Positions 8,914 through 18,046 of a DNA stretch of 64,000 nt are shown in pieces. The notes beneath the pieces are model-generated. The model was not told where the DNA came from. It saw nothing but the letters and a program-made list of their open reading frames with translations, and searched no databases. Every line of letters starts with the position of its first letter. Position 1 is the first letter of the stretch. The position numbers and the translations under genes are program-made. This DNA is from a bacterium (GTDB taxonomy: Bacteria; Patescibacteriota; Minisyncoccia; Phycocordibacterales; UBA12445): assembly GCA_030648005.1 (NCBI GenBank), contig JAUSIP010000016.1, positions 1,110 to 65,109 on the forward strand, written 5' to 3'.

Positions 8914-9738
8914 ATGGAGGAGCTTAATAAAACCCAGATCGTCTTACTAACATTGTTCATAACATTTGTTACGTCTGTAACAACAGGTATTGTCACTGTG
9001 ACCCTTCTTCAGCAGGCTCCGCAAGGTGTTACTCAGACTATTAATAGGGTCGTTGAGCATACCATTGAGAAGATTACTCCTGTCACAACCAGAACGGAGA
9101 CAAGAGTTGTTGGACAGGAAGATGAGATCATAAAAACCGCATCATTAATTAAGCCTGCTATTGTGAGAATTACCTCTTCAGTTTCGACTGCTGTGGCATC
9201 TACTTCTGACGAGCAGCTTGCGGGGATTTTAGTAGCAACAAATTTAAGCGACAACGAGGTGGGTACCGGCTTCCTGGTCTCAAGCGATGGATTAGTCGCT
9301 ACGGCCTATTCAGTGATCCCTGACCACAATATAAGCTATGGAGTTTTTGTTGGAGACAAGAAGTATCAGGCCAATGTTATCATACACAATAAGAATGAAG
9401 GATTAGCTATACTTAAGATTGAACATGATAAAGCTACTAAGTTTGTCGCTCCGCAGTTTGCATCTAAACCTGTAACGTTGGGTCAGACCATCATAGTATT
9501 AGGTCGCGATCTTGATAGGTACACTGTGTCTGTCGGCCTGGTTGCTTCACTCAAGGAGGCAACTTTGTCGTCTTTGCCTATATTTAAAACCACTGTGAGG
9601 TCTGACAATACCAACATCGGCGGACCGCTACTTTCAAGTACAGGACAGGTTGTGGGTCTTAATCTTGAGAATGGTAATGCTTTGCCTATTGAATTAATCA
9701 AATCTGGTATGGCATCTACAACAAGGGCGACGAATTAA
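8914..9738 (+). CDS. Membrane-anchored trypsin-like (S1C/HtrA-like) protease homologue with a substituted catalytic triad
   Basis: It has an N-terminal TM helix. GTGFLVSSDGLVATAYSVI, GLAILKI and TNIGGPLLSSTGQVVGLN align to the S1C motifs GSGF..TN.HV, DIAVLKI and GNSGGPL. Confidence 0.65.
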   Translation: MEELNKTQIVLLTLFITFVTSVTTGIVTVTLLQQAPQGVTQTINRVVEHTIEKITPVTTRTETRVVGQEDEIIKTASLIKPAIVRITSSVSTAVASTSDEQLAGILVATNLSDNEVGTGFLVSSDGLVATAYSVIPDHNISYGVFVGDKKYQANVIIHNKNEGLAILKIEHDKATKFVAPQFASKPVTLGQTIIVLGRDLDRYTVSVGLVASLKEATLSSLPIFKTTVRSDNTNIGGPLLSSTGQVVGLNLENGNALPIELIKSGMASTTRATN

Positions 9739-9740
9739 GT

Positions 9741-9768
9741 TTGACAAAATATCTAATTATCTTACAAT
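9741..9768 (+). promoter_or_regulatory. clpB promoter
   Basis: TTGACA-16 nt-TACAAT, with the ATG 12 nt after the -10 element. Confidence 0.6.
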
Positions 9769-9780
9769 CTTCATATTGCT

Positions 9781-12450
9781 ATGTTGCCATTCAATAACTT
9801 CACAACCAAAGCCAAAGAGGCCGTAAGGAAGGCTCATGAACTGGTTATAGAAAGAGGACAGAACCAGGTTGCGCCTATACATCTTCTTATTGCCTTGCTT
9901 ATCCAGGAAGATAGCCTCGTTCTGTCTATCCTTGATCGTTTGGAAGTAGATACTATTCTTCTGACTGATCACCTGATAGAGACTGTTGAGGGTGAAGCCG
10001 GTGGCAGTGTCTCAGCTCCAGCCTATCAGATATATCTGACGGCTGAGCTTGTTAAGGTGTTAGATATGGCGGCTAAGGCGGCGGCTTACTTGAAGGATGA
10101 ATTCATCTCTACTGAACATTTACTTGTGGCACTTCTTGATGTTCAGAGCCAGGCGCGCGATATACTCAATAAATTTAAAATTTCTAAAGATGAACTGCTT
10201 AAGATTTTGCAGGAGATCAAGAATGGCAAGATCACAGATGTAGTGCCAAAGAAGAAGGCGCATGCTCTGGAGCGGTACACTAGAAATCTTACAAGGCTTG
10301 CTCGTGAGGACAAGCTCGATCCTGTTATTGGACGAGATGAAGAGATCAGACGCGTGATGCAGATACTCTCAAGAAGGACCAAAAATAATCCTGTACTTAT
10401 AGGTGAGCCGGGTACTGGCAAGACCGCCGTGGCAGAAGGTTTGGCTAATAGAATTGCCAAAGGTGACGTACCGGATATTTTAAAGAATAAGGAGATAGTG
10501 TCTCTCGACATGGGGTCGCTGGTAGCTGGTACAAAGTACCGCGGAGAATTCGAAGAGAGGCTTAAGGGAATTTTAAAAGATGTAGAGAAGGCGAATGGCA
10601 ATATAATTCTATTCATAGATGAAATACACACCATCGTTGGAGCCGGTGCGGCTGAGGGCTCTATAGATGCGTCTAATATGTTGAAGCCTGCCCTTGCGCG
10701 CGGAGAGCTTCGTGCTATCGGAGCTACAACACTCAAGGAGTATCAGAAATATATTGAGAGAGACATGGCACTAGCCAGAAGATTCCAGCCGGTCTATGTA
10801 GGTGAGCCGAGTATTGAAGATGCAGTGGCGATACTTAGAGGTCTTCGGGATAGGTATGAGTTGCATCACGGTATTAAAATAAATGATGATGCGATCGTTG
10901 CGGCGGTCAACTTGAGCGCTAGATATATTGGAGACAGATTTTTGCCCGACAAAGCTATTGATCTTATAGATGAAGCTTCGGCTTCACTCCGGCTTTCGCT
11001 GGAAGACAAGCCAATGCTTCTTTTAGAGACCGACAAGAAGATTATGAGGCTTGAAGTTGAGAAGGAGGCGCTGAAGAAGGATGAGAGTGTAGATCAGAAG
11101 GCTGTTAAGACGCGCATAAAACAGATAGACAAAGAGGTCGGCGATCTACGAGAGACAACTTCCGAACTGGATAATCGCTGGAAAAATGAGAAGAAAAATA
11201 TTGTTGATACAAGGGCGATCAAGAAAGAACTTGAAGCTCTTCGGCTTGAGGCCGAAGCAGCGGAGATGCGCGCTGATTTAGGATTGGTGGCGGAGATCAG
11301 ATACGGCCGTATTCCACAGAAAGAGAGGGAGCTTAAGGAAACAGAGACAAAATTAAAGAAGCTTCAGAATAATAAGAGGATTTTGAAAGAAGAGGTAAAC
11401 GCAGAAGATATCGCCGGTGTAGTGTCTAAGTGGACAGGTATCCCAGTATTCCGAATGCTTGAGGAGGAAGTAGAGAAGTTGAAGAGAATGGAGGAAGAGC
11501 TTGCTAAGAGGGTTATCGGTCAGGCGGATGCAGTCAAGAAGGTTTCTGGTGCCATCAGACGCTCTCGTGCTGGTATTTCTGATCCAGACAGGCCAATAGG
11601 TTCATTCATGTTCTTGGGGCCCTCAGGTGTTGGCAAGACAGAACTTGCCAAGTCGCTGTCAGAGTTTATGTTTAACGATGAGAAGGCGATCATCCGCATA
11701 GATATGTCGGAATTCATGGAGAAGCACTCCGTGTCAAAGTTGATCGGCTCTCCGCCAGGCTATGTCGGTTATGAAGAGAGCGGTAAGCTGACAGAGATGG
11801 TTCGACATAGGCCGTACTCTATAATCCTCTTCGATGAGATCGAGAAGGCACATCCAGAGGTGTTTAACATACTCCTTCAGGTTCTTGATAATGGAAGGCT
11901 GACGGATTCTAAGGGACGAATCGTTAACTTCAAGAATACTGTTATAATTCTGACATCCAATATTGGATCCGAATATATCAGCAAGATGTCATCTATTGGC
12001 TTTGGTAACAATGCCATTAGCGACGGTTACGCTGAGACTAAAGATAAGATCCGAGATACTTTGAAAGACCACTTTAGGCCGGAGTTCTTGAATCGTCTGG
12101 ATGAGATCATAATCTTCGATACATTGAAGGACGAGACATTAAAGATGATTGTTGGTAACCAACTAAATATTGTAAGGAAGAGGCTGACAGACAAGGGGAT
12201 AGGTTTGGAGGTGAGTGATGAAGTTCTGATAAGCTTGGCGAAGGAGGGTTACAATCCAAATTACGGAGCGAGACCACTGAAGCGTTTGATTCAAACTAAA
12301 ATATTGAATCCAATATCAGAATTCTTGATCTCAAGCTCTGTAATATCCGGCTCTAGGATCTCCGTATATATGAAGAACGGCATTGTTGAAGTCGGTATTG
12401 TTTCCGGTGTGGCGAAAGCTAGACAGGCTAGGGTATCTAAGTTATCCTAG
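9781..12450 (+). CDS. clpB: ATP-dependent chaperone ClpB
   Basis: It has a Clp_N repeat, two AAA+ modules (GEPGTGKTA and GPSGVGKTE), a long coiled-coil middle domain and the RPLKRLIQ C-terminal motif. Length is 889 aa. Confidence 0.95.
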   Translation: MLPFNNFTTKAKEAVRKAHELVIERGQNQVAPIHLLIALLIQEDSLVLSILDRLEVDTILLTDHLIETVEGEAGGSVSAPAYQIYLTAELVKVLDMAAKAAAYLKDEFISTEHLLVALLDVQSQARDILNKFKISKDELLKILQEIKNGKITDVVPKKKAHALERYTRNLTRLAREDKLDPVIGRDEEIRRVMQILSRRTKNNPVLIGEPGTGKTAVAEGLANRIAKGDVPDILKNKEIVSLDMGSLVAGTKYRGEFEERLKGILKDVEKANGNIILFIDEIHTIVGAGAAEGSIDASNMLKPALARGELRAIGATTLKEYQKYIERDMALARRFQPVYVGEPSIEDAVAILRGLRDRYELHHGIKINDDAIVAAVNLSARYIGDRFLPDKAIDLIDEASASLRLSLEDKPMLLLETDKKIMRLEVEKEALKKDESVDQKAVKTRIKQIDKEVGDLRETTSELDNRWKNEKKNIVDTRAIKKELEALRLEAEAAEMRADLGLVAEIRYGRIPQKERELKETETKLKKLQNNKRILKEEVNAEDIAGVVSKWTGIPVFRMLEEEVEKLKRMEEELAKRVIGQADAVKKVSGAIRRSRAGISDPDRPIGSFMFLGPSGVGKTELAKSLSEFMFNDEKAIIRIDMSEFMEKHSVSKLIGSPPGYVGYEESGKLTEMVRHRPYSIILFDEIEKAHPEVFNILLQVLDNGRLTDSKGRIVNFKNTVIILTSNIGSEYISKMSSIGFGNNAISDGYAETKDKIRDTLKDHFRPEFLNRLDEIIIFDTLKDETLKMIVGNQLNIVRKRLTDKGIGLEVSDEVLISLAKEGYNPNYGARPLKRLIQTKILNPISEFLISSSVISGSRISVYMKNGIVEVGIVSGVAKARQARVSKLS

Positions 12451-12507
12451 CTTAGAGTTTAGATTTGTTCGTTGATAAATCCGCCGGCTGGCGGAGGAGG
12501 TGCGTTT

Positions 12508-13380
12508 GTGAAAAAAGAAAAACCGAAGCCGTACTACGGGATCTCATGTCTCCATGACAGAAAGCAGATGCAGGATATCCTGACTTATGTTAAGGCCAAG
12601 AAGATTACCGGTAGGCGGATCATGGCCGGGACACATATGTCGTCTGCATCCTTCCGTGGGTTCGAAGTAGAGCATCCAAAAAGAACATTGAGGCTTGACG
12701 AAGTACGGAGCATCTACTCTTCGATTGAACGACCGAAGCAGCGGGGCCCAGATAGAGATTGGTTCGATGCGAATGTTTTCCGGGTCGTCCAATTCAACAG
12801 TGAAGGTCCGGCTGTGATAGACGCTGAGCTACTTCTTGTTAATCAGATGATACATATTCCAGATGGCGGACGGGAAGTCAACGTTATCGATCAGTTTGTT
12901 GAAGGTTTCCAGATCAACCACGCTCTGCCTAATCCGGATAAACTACGGTGGTTTAGAGACAAACAGATGTGGAGAAATATGCAGATCATCCTTCAGCTTG
13001 GTGAGTTGGCGATGGAAGAAACCGGTAATGATCCGGAGGGTCTGGCTGTGCTAGTGGAGAGCTATGGGGATGCCATCGACTATGTTCTTTGGGATGGGTC
13101 GGAAGATCATCAAGCAGTCTTCGATGCTGAATTTGCCAGGCCGTATCTTCGCGCGATTCGCGAGCATTGCCCAGATCTGGGCATTGCCGTATCAGGCAAT
13201 CTAGGACCAAACAGTATGCGTCTTGTAGATCCTCTTCGTGCAGAATTTCCAGATCTTTCCGTCGATGCAGAGAGTGAACTCCGGGATGAGAACGACTCAT
13301 TACTTATGGCTAAGGCCTTGAGCTATCTTGATGAATGCGCCAAGAGGTGGGAAAAGAAAATAAATATAGAGGATTGTTAA
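12508..13380 (+). CDS. TIM-barrel protein resembling phosphoribosylanthranilate isomerase (TrpF-like); function unknown
   Basis: GGAGG lies 7 nt before GTG 12508 (the ORF track starts at TTG 12472). There is a loose TrpF-like pattern: YYGIS.., VVQFNS, DAIDYVLWDGSE, IAVSGNLGPNSM, DLSVDAESELRD. Confidence 0.4.
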   Translation: MKKEKPKPYYGISCLHDRKQMQDILTYVKAKKITGRRIMAGTHMSSASFRGFEVEHPKRTLRLDEVRSIYSSIERPKQRGPDRDWFDANVFRVVQFNSEGPAVIDAELLLVNQMIHIPDGGREVNVIDQFVEGFQINHALPNPDKLRWFRDKQMWRNMQIILQLGELAMEETGNDPEGLAVLVESYGDAIDYVLWDGSEDHQAVFDAEFARPYLRAIREHCPDLGIAVSGNLGPNSMRLVDPLRAEFPDLSVDAESELRDENDSLLMAKALSYLDECAKRWEKKINIEDC

Positions 13381-13388
13381 GTTGTGTC

Positions 13389-13413
13389 ACCCCCTCCGTT
13401 CGCGGGGGTTTTT
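13389..13413 (+). terminator. Rho-independent terminator
   Basis: ACCCCC-TCCGTTCGC-GGGGGT followed by TTTTT. Confidence 0.6.
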
Positions 13414-13450
13414 AATTTGACTTTCCGGAGTTTTAAGGCTTAATGTAGGT

Positions 13451-14674
13451 ATGGAGAGGCTTAAACAAAAATTACCCGATTCGCCCGGAGTTTATTTCTT
13501 TAAGAAAGGAAAGGGTATTTTGTATATCGGCCGGGCTACGTCACTTCAAAGCCGTGTTAGAAGTTACTTTAATAAAGAGACGATAAATTCCCGTGGGGCT
13601 TTTATTGCGGGAATGGTTGCAGAAGCTACTTCGCTAGTTTGCAGACAGACTGATTCTGTTCTAGAGGCGATAATTCTGGAGGCGGAACTCATTAAAAAAT
13701 ACCAACCAAGATTTAATTCTAAAGAGAAAGATAATAAGAGTTTTTATTATATTGTCGTCACGGCTGAAAATTTTCCTAGAGTACTCATGGTTCGGGGTAG
13801 GAATTTAGAGATGAAAGATAATGATTTCAAAATTAAGAAACTTTTTGGCCCTTTCCCATCCGGCACAGAATTGAAGGAGGCACTCCGAGTCATCAGGAAA
13901 CTTTTCCCATTCAGAGATAAATGTTTGCCAAATTCAGGGAGATCTTGTTTTAACCGCCAAATAGATCTATGCCCGGGTGTTTGTATTGGAGAGGTATCTC
14001 GTGTTGAGTATAAAAAGCAGACTAAAAAAATAGAACTATTTTTGTCGGGCAAGAAGAAGACTGTGATCAGCTTACTTAAGAAGGAGATGAATATTTTTGC
14101 GAATAAAAGAGAATTTGAAAGAGCCGAAATTACAAAAAGAAAGATCTTTGCACTCGAACATATACAGGATGTAAGCTTGATAAAGAGAGAGTCGGCAATA
14201 TTACCGGATTTTGGCGAAAAAAATAAAATATTCAGAATAGAAGCATATGATATCGCACATCAGAGCGGGACGAATAATGTCGGGGTGATGGTTGTCTTAG
14301 AGAACAATGAACCCAATAAGGAAGAGTATAGGAAGTTTAAAATAAGAGGGGATTATCCATCTGATGATTTGCGATCATTGCGCGAGGTGTTGGAGAGACG
14401 GCTGAATCATCCCGAGTGGCGCTTTCCTGACTTGATAGTCGTCGACGGAGGCAAACTTCAGGTGGCTGTGGCGGAAGATATAATGAAGCGCGATGGTCTG
14501 CTTATTCCAATTGTTGGTGTAGTCAAAGATGAACATCATAGGCCTAAGAATATTTTGGGAGATGTTGAGATAATTAAAAAATATGAAAGAAAAATACTGC
14601 TGGCCAATAATGAGGCGCATAGCTACGCTATCAATTATTTTAGGAAACTAAGTATTAAGAGTATGAAGGGATAG
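13451..14674 (+). CDS. uvrC: Excinuclease ABC subunit C, short form lacking the C-terminal (HhH)2 region
   Basis: It has a GIY-YIG N-terminus (GVYFFKKGKGILYIGRATSLQSRV), a UVR-like helix (KREFERAEITKRKIFALEHI) and an endonuclease domain (RIEAYDIAH). Length is 407 aa. Confidence 0.85.
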   Translation: MERLKQKLPDSPGVYFFKKGKGILYIGRATSLQSRVRSYFNKETINSRGAFIAGMVAEATSLVCRQTDSVLEAIILEAELIKKYQPRFNSKEKDNKSFYYIVVTAENFPRVLMVRGRNLEMKDNDFKIKKLFGPFPSGTELKEALRVIRKLFPFRDKCLPNSGRSCFNRQIDLCPGVCIGEVSRVEYKKQTKKIELFLSGKKKTVISLLKKEMNIFANKREFERAEITKRKIFALEHIQDVSLIKRESAILPDFGEKNKIFRIEAYDIAHQSGTNNVGVMVVLENNEPNKEEYRKFKIRGDYPSDDLRSLREVLERRLNHPEWRFPDLIVVDGGKLQVAVAEDIMKRDGLLIPIVGVVKDEHHRPKNILGDVEIIKKYERKILLANNEAHSYAINYFRKLSIKSMKG

Positions 14675-14716
14675 ACTTGAAACTTACAGTTTCAGTACCC
14701 GCGATTGGGTTTTTTA
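14675..14716 (+). terminator. uvrC terminator region (two hairpins plus T-run)
   Basis: GAAACT-TAC-AGTTTC, then ACCC-GCGATT-GGGT followed by TTTTTT. Confidence 0.45.
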
Positions 14717-14731
14717 ATTCGCTCCGCTCTT

Positions 14732-14752
14732 AAAAAAGCCTCAATCGGGCTT
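14732..14752 (-). terminator. Putative terminator downstream of tRNA-Leu(CAA)
   Basis: The minus strand reads AAGCC-CGATTGA-GGCTT followed by TTTTTT. Confidence 0.4.
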
Positions 14753-14817
14753 CAAGTCTCTCACAGAAGACACTTAGGTGTCTTCTTCCGCGTCAAAATT
14801 TCACTTCGTTCAATTTG

Positions 14818-14900
14818 TGCCGCGGGAGAGACTTGAACTCTCACGAGGTTGCCCCCGATAGATTTTGAGTCTATTGCGTCTACCATTCCGCCACCGCGGC
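14818..14900 (-). tRNA. tRNA-Leu (anticodon CAA)
   Basis: Acceptor is GCCGCGG/CCGCGGC. Anticodon arm is ATAGA-CTCAAAA-TCTAT. It has a long variable arm and T arm GAGAG-TTCAAGT-CTCTC. Confidence 0.9.
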
Positions 14901-14946
14901 AGCACCAGATAAAATTATCAAACATTTGACAAAAACGCAAATAAGT

Positions 14947-14975
14947 TTGACAGACTTATCTGAGTCTGCTACAAT
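14947..14975 (+). promoter_or_regulatory. Consensus sigma70-type promoter of the smORF operon
   Basis: TTGACA (14947-14952), 17 nt, then TACAAT (14970-14975). Confidence 0.7.
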
Positions 14976-15016
14976 ATGTAAGTAATATTGAACCTTGACT
15001 AAGGAGGGATTTAAAC

Positions 15017-15100
15017 ATGAAGCAAACGAACGTTGCAGCCCTCATTCTTATCCTGATCACCATTGTGGTTATTGCACTTTCTACCATCGTTCGTCGTTAG
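15017..15100 (+). CDS. 27-aa hydrophobic single-TM peptide (MKQTNVAALILILITIVVIALSTIVRR)
   Basis: AAGGAGGG lies 8 nt upstream of the ATG. It sits downstream of a consensus promoter. It was not in the ORF track, being below the size cut-off and masked by the 99-aa TTG-start ORF. Confidence 0.55.
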   Translation: MKQTNVAALILILITIVVIALSTIVRR

Positions 15101-15108
15101 GAGGATAT

Positions 15109-15294
15109 ATGCTTACAGTCTACTGTACTCTAAAATGTCGATTCCTGGACATCAACCACATGCACTGTGTTAAGTGCGGTGAGGTGTGCAGTACGATGTG
15201 CCATCCGGAGTCATGTCCTGCGCCGGTTAAATTGCACTCTGAACCGGAAACGACCAAGGACATAACGAGACTAGCTTTTCTCGAAGGGCTTTAA
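15109..15294 (+). CDS. 61-aa Cys/His-rich small protein (putative metal-binding)
   Basis: An AGGAGG overlapping the smORF1 stop lies 4 nt before the ATG. It has 7 Cys, including CVKCGEVCSTMCHP (C-x2-C-x3-C-x3-C-H-P). Confidence 0.55.
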   Translation: MLTVYCTLKCRFLDINHMHCVKCGEVCSTMCHPESCPAPVKLHSEPETTKDITRLAFLEGL

Positions 15295-15309
15295 TAAGAC
15301 AAGGTGTCT

Positions 15310-15341
15310 GACCCGCGGTATAACTGCGGGTCTTTTTTTTT
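15310..15341 (+). terminator. Rho-independent terminator of the smORF operon
   Basis: GACCCGC-GGTATAACT-GCGGGTC followed by 9 T. Confidence 0.8.
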
Positions 15342-15365
15342 GTATCCAAAAAAGTTTGTGCTAAA

Positions 15366-16379
15366 ATGCAGGGTATGAATCCTGAAGAGAACAGAGAAAG
15401 TAAGAATGGCCTGAGCCATTCGATATTTTGGATCGAGCTGGAGAAGATCAAACCGAATCCTTACCAGCCGAGGCACGAATTCGATCAGGCACAGTTGAAT
15501 GACTTGGCGGAGTCTATTCGTCAGTACGGGGTTCTTCAGCCCCTTGTTGCCACTAGGAAGGAGTTCAAGACAGAAGATGGCGGACTCGGTGTTGAATATG
15601 AGCTAATCGCTGGAGAGAGGCGTCTCCGTGCTTCGAAGATAGCAGGTATATCACAGGTGCCGGTGGTTATCAGGACAGGTGAGCAATCTGATCTTGTTAA
15701 ACTTGAGCTGGCGATAATTGAGAACATTCAAAGAGAGGATTTAAATTCAGTAGATCGAGCGCGCGCCTTCAAACAACTTGTAGATAAATTTAATTTCAAA
15801 CACGCAGAGATAGCCGTTAAGGTTGGTAAGAGCCGAGAATATGTCTCCAACACCATGAGGATTTTAGATTTGCCGGAGGAGATACTTGAGGCGGTGTCGG
15901 CCAAGAAGATTACCGAAGGACACACAAGGCCACTCTTGATGCTTATTGATCGCAAGGAAGAGCAGATGACGCTCTTCAAGGAGATCATGTACAAAAAGCT
16001 TTCAGTTAGGGAGGCAGAAAGCATCGCCAGGAAGATTGCGGTGGAGAAGGTTAGGAAGAAGGATTATGGCGTTGATCCGGAGATCATAGACTTGGAGTCG
16101 AAGCTGACGGAGAAGCTTGGTACTAGAGTTGCGATAGAGAAGAGGGAATTCGGCGGGCGAGTGACTATCGACTTCTTCTCCAAAGAGGACGTTCACAACC
16201 TCCTTAGTCTTATAACTTCAGGCAAGATTGCTGCTCCGGCGGATCTGGCGAAGTTTGCAAATGGAATAGCCTCCAATGCTCCGACCTCAGAGAACGGCGC
16301 GCCGATAGACGATGTGCCAAAAGCGGAGAAAGATATGGACGATCCTGATCTGTATTCTCTAAAAAATTTTAGCGTTTAA
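15366..16379 (+). CDS. parB: Chromosome partitioning protein ParB/Spo0J
   Basis: It has a ParB N-terminal box (IKPNPYQPRHEFD..LAESIRQYGVLQPLVA...GERRLRASKIAG) and an HTH region. Confidence 0.9.
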   Translation: MQGMNPEENRESKNGLSHSIFWIELEKIKPNPYQPRHEFDQAQLNDLAESIRQYGVLQPLVATRKEFKTEDGGLGVEYELIAGERRLRASKIAGISQVPVVIRTGEQSDLVKLELAIIENIQREDLNSVDRARAFKQLVDKFNFKHAEIAVKVGKSREYVSNTMRILDLPEEILEAVSAKKITEGHTRPLLMLIDRKEEQMTLFKEIMYKKLSVREAESIARKIAVEKVRKKDYGVDPEIIDLESKLTEKLGTRVAIEKREFGGRVTIDFFSKEDVHNLLSLITSGKIAAPADLAKFANGIASNAPTSENGAPIDDVPKAEKDMDDPDLYSLKNFSV

Positions 16380-16411
16380 AACCTCATTACTATCAACATA
16401 TTAAGGGAAAC

Positions 16412-16523
16412 AATTTTTAATTTTTAATTTTGCAATTTTCAATGAATGTCGCAATGAATAAATGTTTAAAATATTGGAGCATTAAAAATTCATTGAAAAT
16501 TGTAAAATTAAAAATTTAAAATT
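16412..16523. repeat. AT-rich 36-bp inverted repeat (34/36 match) with a 40-nt spacer, between convergent parB and the RSH gene
   Basis: The left arm is AATTTTTAATTTTTAATTTTGCAATTTTCAATGAAT (16412-16447). The reverse complement of 16488-16523 differs at 2 positions. Confidence 0.8.
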
Positions 16524-16537
16524 CTCTTCTGATTACG

Positions 16538-18046
16538 CTATCCTCGTTGGCTCTTTTTCTTTGACTCTTCTTGTTCGCCCAGAGCTGCTTTTATTTTTCT
16601 TCTTGCGAAACTCGTTTTGGCATATTCAAGCCACTTGTAAGTTGGCTTACTGTTCTCTCTGGATTGGATTTCTACGATATCTCTATTTTTAAGTACCGTA
16701 TCTAGTGACATAAACTTGCTGTTTATTTTTGCACCGGCCACATGATCGCCAAGATCTGAATGTATTGCATATGCGAAGTCGATAGCCGTTGAAGCTTGAG
16801 GTAGCTCTATGACGTCTCCCTTGGGAGTGAAGACGAAGATCTGATCCTGGAAGAAGTCCAGCTGGATGTTCTCCAAGAACTCCTTCGAGCCCTTCACTGT
16901 CTTCTGCCACTCGATCAGCTGATTTAGCCATCGTAGCTTCTTGCCCATTAATCCTCCTGAATCCGGCTTGCCTGATTCATCGTATGCCAAGTGTGAGGCG
17001 ATACCGTACTCGGCTTCGTTGTGCATCTTCTCTGTTCTGATCTGTACCTCCACCACTCCGCCGTCGCCGGTAAAAATAACAGTATGGATACTCTGGTAAC
17101 CGTTTATTTTGGGTACAGCAATGTAGTCTCTGAGTCTGTCAGGTAGAGGCCGCCAGGTATTGTGTATGATCCCGAGTACACGATAGCAATCTTCCACAGT
17201 TGGCACTATTATTCGCAGGGCCGCGATGTCATATATTTTAGTGAGGTCCATATTGTTCCTCTGGAGTTTCTTATACAAACTGTAATCGTGCTTGATACGA
17301 AAGTCGGTCGTCACTTTGGTCAGGTTCTCCTTTGCGAATCTTTTTCTAAGCTGCTTCTGTATATTTTCTAATTGCTCCAGAGCCTCCTGGTTTTTAATCT
17401 GTCTGATTTTTTTCGTCTCTTCATACTCTTTGGGATATGCATAAGGAAAGGCAGCATCTTCAAGTGCCCCCTTAATCTGTCCCATCCCTAGGCGATTGGC
17501 AATCGGAGCGTAGATTTCGATCGTCTCTGCGGCGATGCGTTTCTTTTTCTCCGGTTTGATGTGCTCGAGGGTCATTACGTTGTGAAGTCGATCCGCAAGC
17601 TTAATCAGTATCACTCGTACATCTTTGGCGGTGGCGATGAAGAGCTTTCGTAAGCTCTCAGCATGACGTTCTATTCCCTGGTACTTTATCTTAGCGAGTT
17701 TTGTCACACCTTGTACTAGAAAAAGTATGTCGGCGCCAAATTCTTTCTGTAGAATTTCCGGAGTTACTAATGTGTCCTCAATCGTGTCATGTAGAAGCCC
17801 GGCTGCTATTGTCTGGGCATCAGCCTGCATCATCTTGGCGAGATTCTTGGCTGTGCCGGTTAGATGTACAAAATACGGTTCGCCTGACAGCCGCATCTGC
17901 CCTTCGTGAGCCTTTTTTGCAAATTCGTACGCTGTAGATACAAGTTTAACATCCTCCGGCGCACCGGAGATCATGAGACTCAAAATTTCTTTAAGTGTAA
18001 CATTGGTTTCTCCATCCGGATTTTTATTTTTTAGTTCCTTTTCCAT
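16538..18046 (-). CDS. RelA/SpoT homologue (bifunctional (p)ppGpp synthetase/hydrolase type)
   Basis: It has an HD domain (LLHDTIEDT), a synthetase domain (YQSIHTVI) and a TGS domain (IFVFTPKGDVIELPQASTAIDFAYAIH). I moved the start to ATG 18046 because the track start at 18112 overlaps topA by 89 nt. Confidence 0.85.
   Translation of the reverse strand: MEKELKNKNPDGETNVTLKEILSLMISGAPEDVKLVSTAYEFAKKAHEGQMRLSGEPYFVHLTGTAKNLAKMMQADAQTIAAGLLHDTIEDTLVTPEILQKEFGADILFLVQGVTKLAKIKYQGIERHAESLRKLFIATAKDVRVILIKLADRLHNVMTLEHIKPEKKKRIAAETIEIYAPIANRLGMGQIKGALEDAAFPYAYPKEYEETKKIRQIKNQEALEQLENIQKQLRKRFAKENLTKVTTDFRIKHDYSLYKKLQRNNMDLTKIYDIAALRIIVPTVEDCYRVLGIIHNTWRPLPDRLRDYIAVPKINGYQSIHTVIFTGDGGVVEVQIRTEKMHNEAEYGIASHLAYDESGKPDSGGLMGKKLRWLNQLIEWQKTVKGSKEFLENIQLDFFQDQIFVFTPKGDVIELPQASTAIDFAYAIHSDLGDHVAGAKINSKFMSLDTVLKNRDIVEIQSRENSKPTYKWLEYAKTSFARRKIKAALGEQEESKKKSQRG

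Noticed and set aside
14750-14762. CTTCAAGTCTCTC on the plus strand is an inverted 12/13 copy of the T-arm of the adjacent tRNA-Leu(CAA), which could be an att-site remnant.
   Set aside because: It is short, overlaps a putative terminator, and has no integrase or second repeat nearby. It could simply contribute to local secondary structure.
14995-15294. The 99-aa TTG-start ORF from the track.
   Set aside because: The TTG has no SD and lies ~13 nt from the predicted TSS. Two internal ATGs each have a strong SD, and the first frame encodes a clean TM peptide. I replaced it with two smORFs.
16380-16537. AT-rich repeats checked as a possible CRISPR array or tandem repeat.
   Set aside because: The repeats are inverted, not direct. 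There are only two arms, no spacer periodicity and no cas genes.
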